Shown one piece after another: positions 27,067 through 27,622 of a stretch of DNA of 27,622 nucleotides; the stretch's first letter is position 1, and each line of letters starts with the position of its first letter. The translations under genes and the position numbers were made by a program. The DNA lies in contig PRDJ01000017.1 in assembly GCA_003345555.1 (NCBI GenBank), positions 1-27,622 of the forward strand, in the 5' to 3' direction. The notes beneath the pieces are model-generated. The model worked only from the letters and a program-made list of their open reading frames with translations. It made no database searches and was not told where the DNA came from. Source of the stretch: Candidatus Thorarchaeota archaeon. Its GTDB lineage: Archaea > Asgardarchaeota > Thorarchaeia > Thorarchaeales > Thorarchaeaceae.

Positions 27067-27225
27067 ATGATCCATATCGAACTCGTGCCGACTCCCGTGG
27101 TTCTCCTCACATACTTCATTCCACTAATGTGGTTTGTTGTTGTTTCCATGTTGCTAGTACCGAAATACAACCATGAACAAGACAGCATGTCATCTATTGC
27201 CAACATTGATCCGGGCCGAACCTAG
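27067..27225 (+). other. Possible small membrane peptide or gene remnant (52 aa)
   Basis: MIHIELVPTPVVLLTYFIPLMWFVVVSMLLVPKY... has one TM-like stretch and falls below the ORF-track cutoff. Confidence 0.25.
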
Positions 27226-27281
27226 CTGCGAAGGATTGCCACAGGGAGATATTTGATTTGGATTGGCAGTCCCGGTTGTAT

Positions 27282-27367
27282 CCATTCAAGATGAGACTAC
27301 TGGATGGTGGACAGTACATCAAAGGTCACGATGTGTGGAGCACGACATCGAAGTGGACTGGTACTGA
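27282..27367 (+). pseudogene. Degenerate second copy of the ThiS/MoaD-like gene 3' end, with a 1-bp deletion
   Basis: Reads PFKMRLLDGGQYIKGH, then a frameshift. Restoring one base gives GCVEHDIEVDWY-stop versus GCIEHDIEVDRY-stop in copy 1. No clear 5' part was found. Confidence 0.8.
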
Positions 27368-27458
27368 ATCATCACCGAGCAGCGGTGCATCTCTTGTGGA
27401 ACATCTTCCAGCAATTGACTTGCTACTTCGAACTGAATGGATGGCGGTATTCGCTTTC

Positions 27459-27622
27459 TCATAGTCCTCCAGCAGATTCTGCCGCAGGTGGTCGAACAAA
27501 GCCAATCAACATGAAGAGAACGCCACCAATCAGGAATGCTATCGGAACCGTGCCGATGTAGTATGCCAAACCCTCGTAGACTAAGGACAGCACATAGGCG
27601 GCAACACCTATGACTACGGAGA
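27459..27622 (-). CDS. 3' end of a membrane protein gene (partial, runs off the window)
   Basis: Open frame SVVIGVAAYVLSLVYEGLAYYIGTVPIAFLIGGVLFMLIGFVRPPAAESAGGL-stop, with two TM-like helices. Confidence 0.7.
   Translation of the reverse strand, partial: SVVIGVAAYVLSLVYEGLAYYIGTVPIAFLIGGVLFMLIGFVRPPAAESAGGL

Noticed and set aside
26977-27225. Stop-free frame continuing in frame after the methyltransferase TAA
   Set aside because: TAA read-through is implausible and the enzyme domain is complete. At most a remnant or small peptide, listed at low confidence.
197-27561. Numerous antisense or alternate-frame ORFs in the six-frame track (e.g. 484-909, 1102-1575, 13250-13783, 18677-19336)
   Set aside because: They are shadows of well-supported genes, with no motifs of their own.
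1-27622. CRISPR arrays, rRNA/tRNA genes, IS elements, integrases
   Set aside because: No regularly spaced repeats, terminal inverted repeats with transposase, or RNA-gene signatures were seen by eye.

Overview
Gene-dense archaeal chromosomal window, about 52% GC by spot counts. It is most likely from an Asgard archaeon (Thorarchaeia-like), inferred from a gelsolin-domain gene next to a Roadblock/LC7 gene, ThiR-type thiamine regulation and TATA-like promoters. In order it holds: a helical-repeat/Ig/coiled-coil protein, an alanine aminotransferase, Roadblock, a gelsolin + Pro-rich linker + domain X protein, thiBPQ divergent from thiR, a GNAT, a heavily N-glycosylatable 4-Ig surface protein, a 94-aa orphan, an mntH - PRTase - sugar-isomerase run, a cupin, a double-length UvrA coupled to a QW-repeat protein, a HAD hydrolase, metG, a ThiS/MoaD-like protein, an AT-rich methyltransferase, and the 3' end of a membrane protein gene. 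No rRNA, tRNA, CRISPR array, transposase or integrase was seen. The most unusual observations are four. (1) A structured ~175-nt metG leader with strand-specific G-U pairs and an internal anti-SD. (2) A single-chain UvrA pseudo-dimer whose halves carry complementary domain deletions. (3) A low-GC methyltransferase islet flanked by diverged copies of the 3' end of a ubiquitin-like gene with a conserved post-GG extension. (4) A cluster of eukaryote-signature-like genes at the left end. All family assignments come from manual motif recognition, not database searches.
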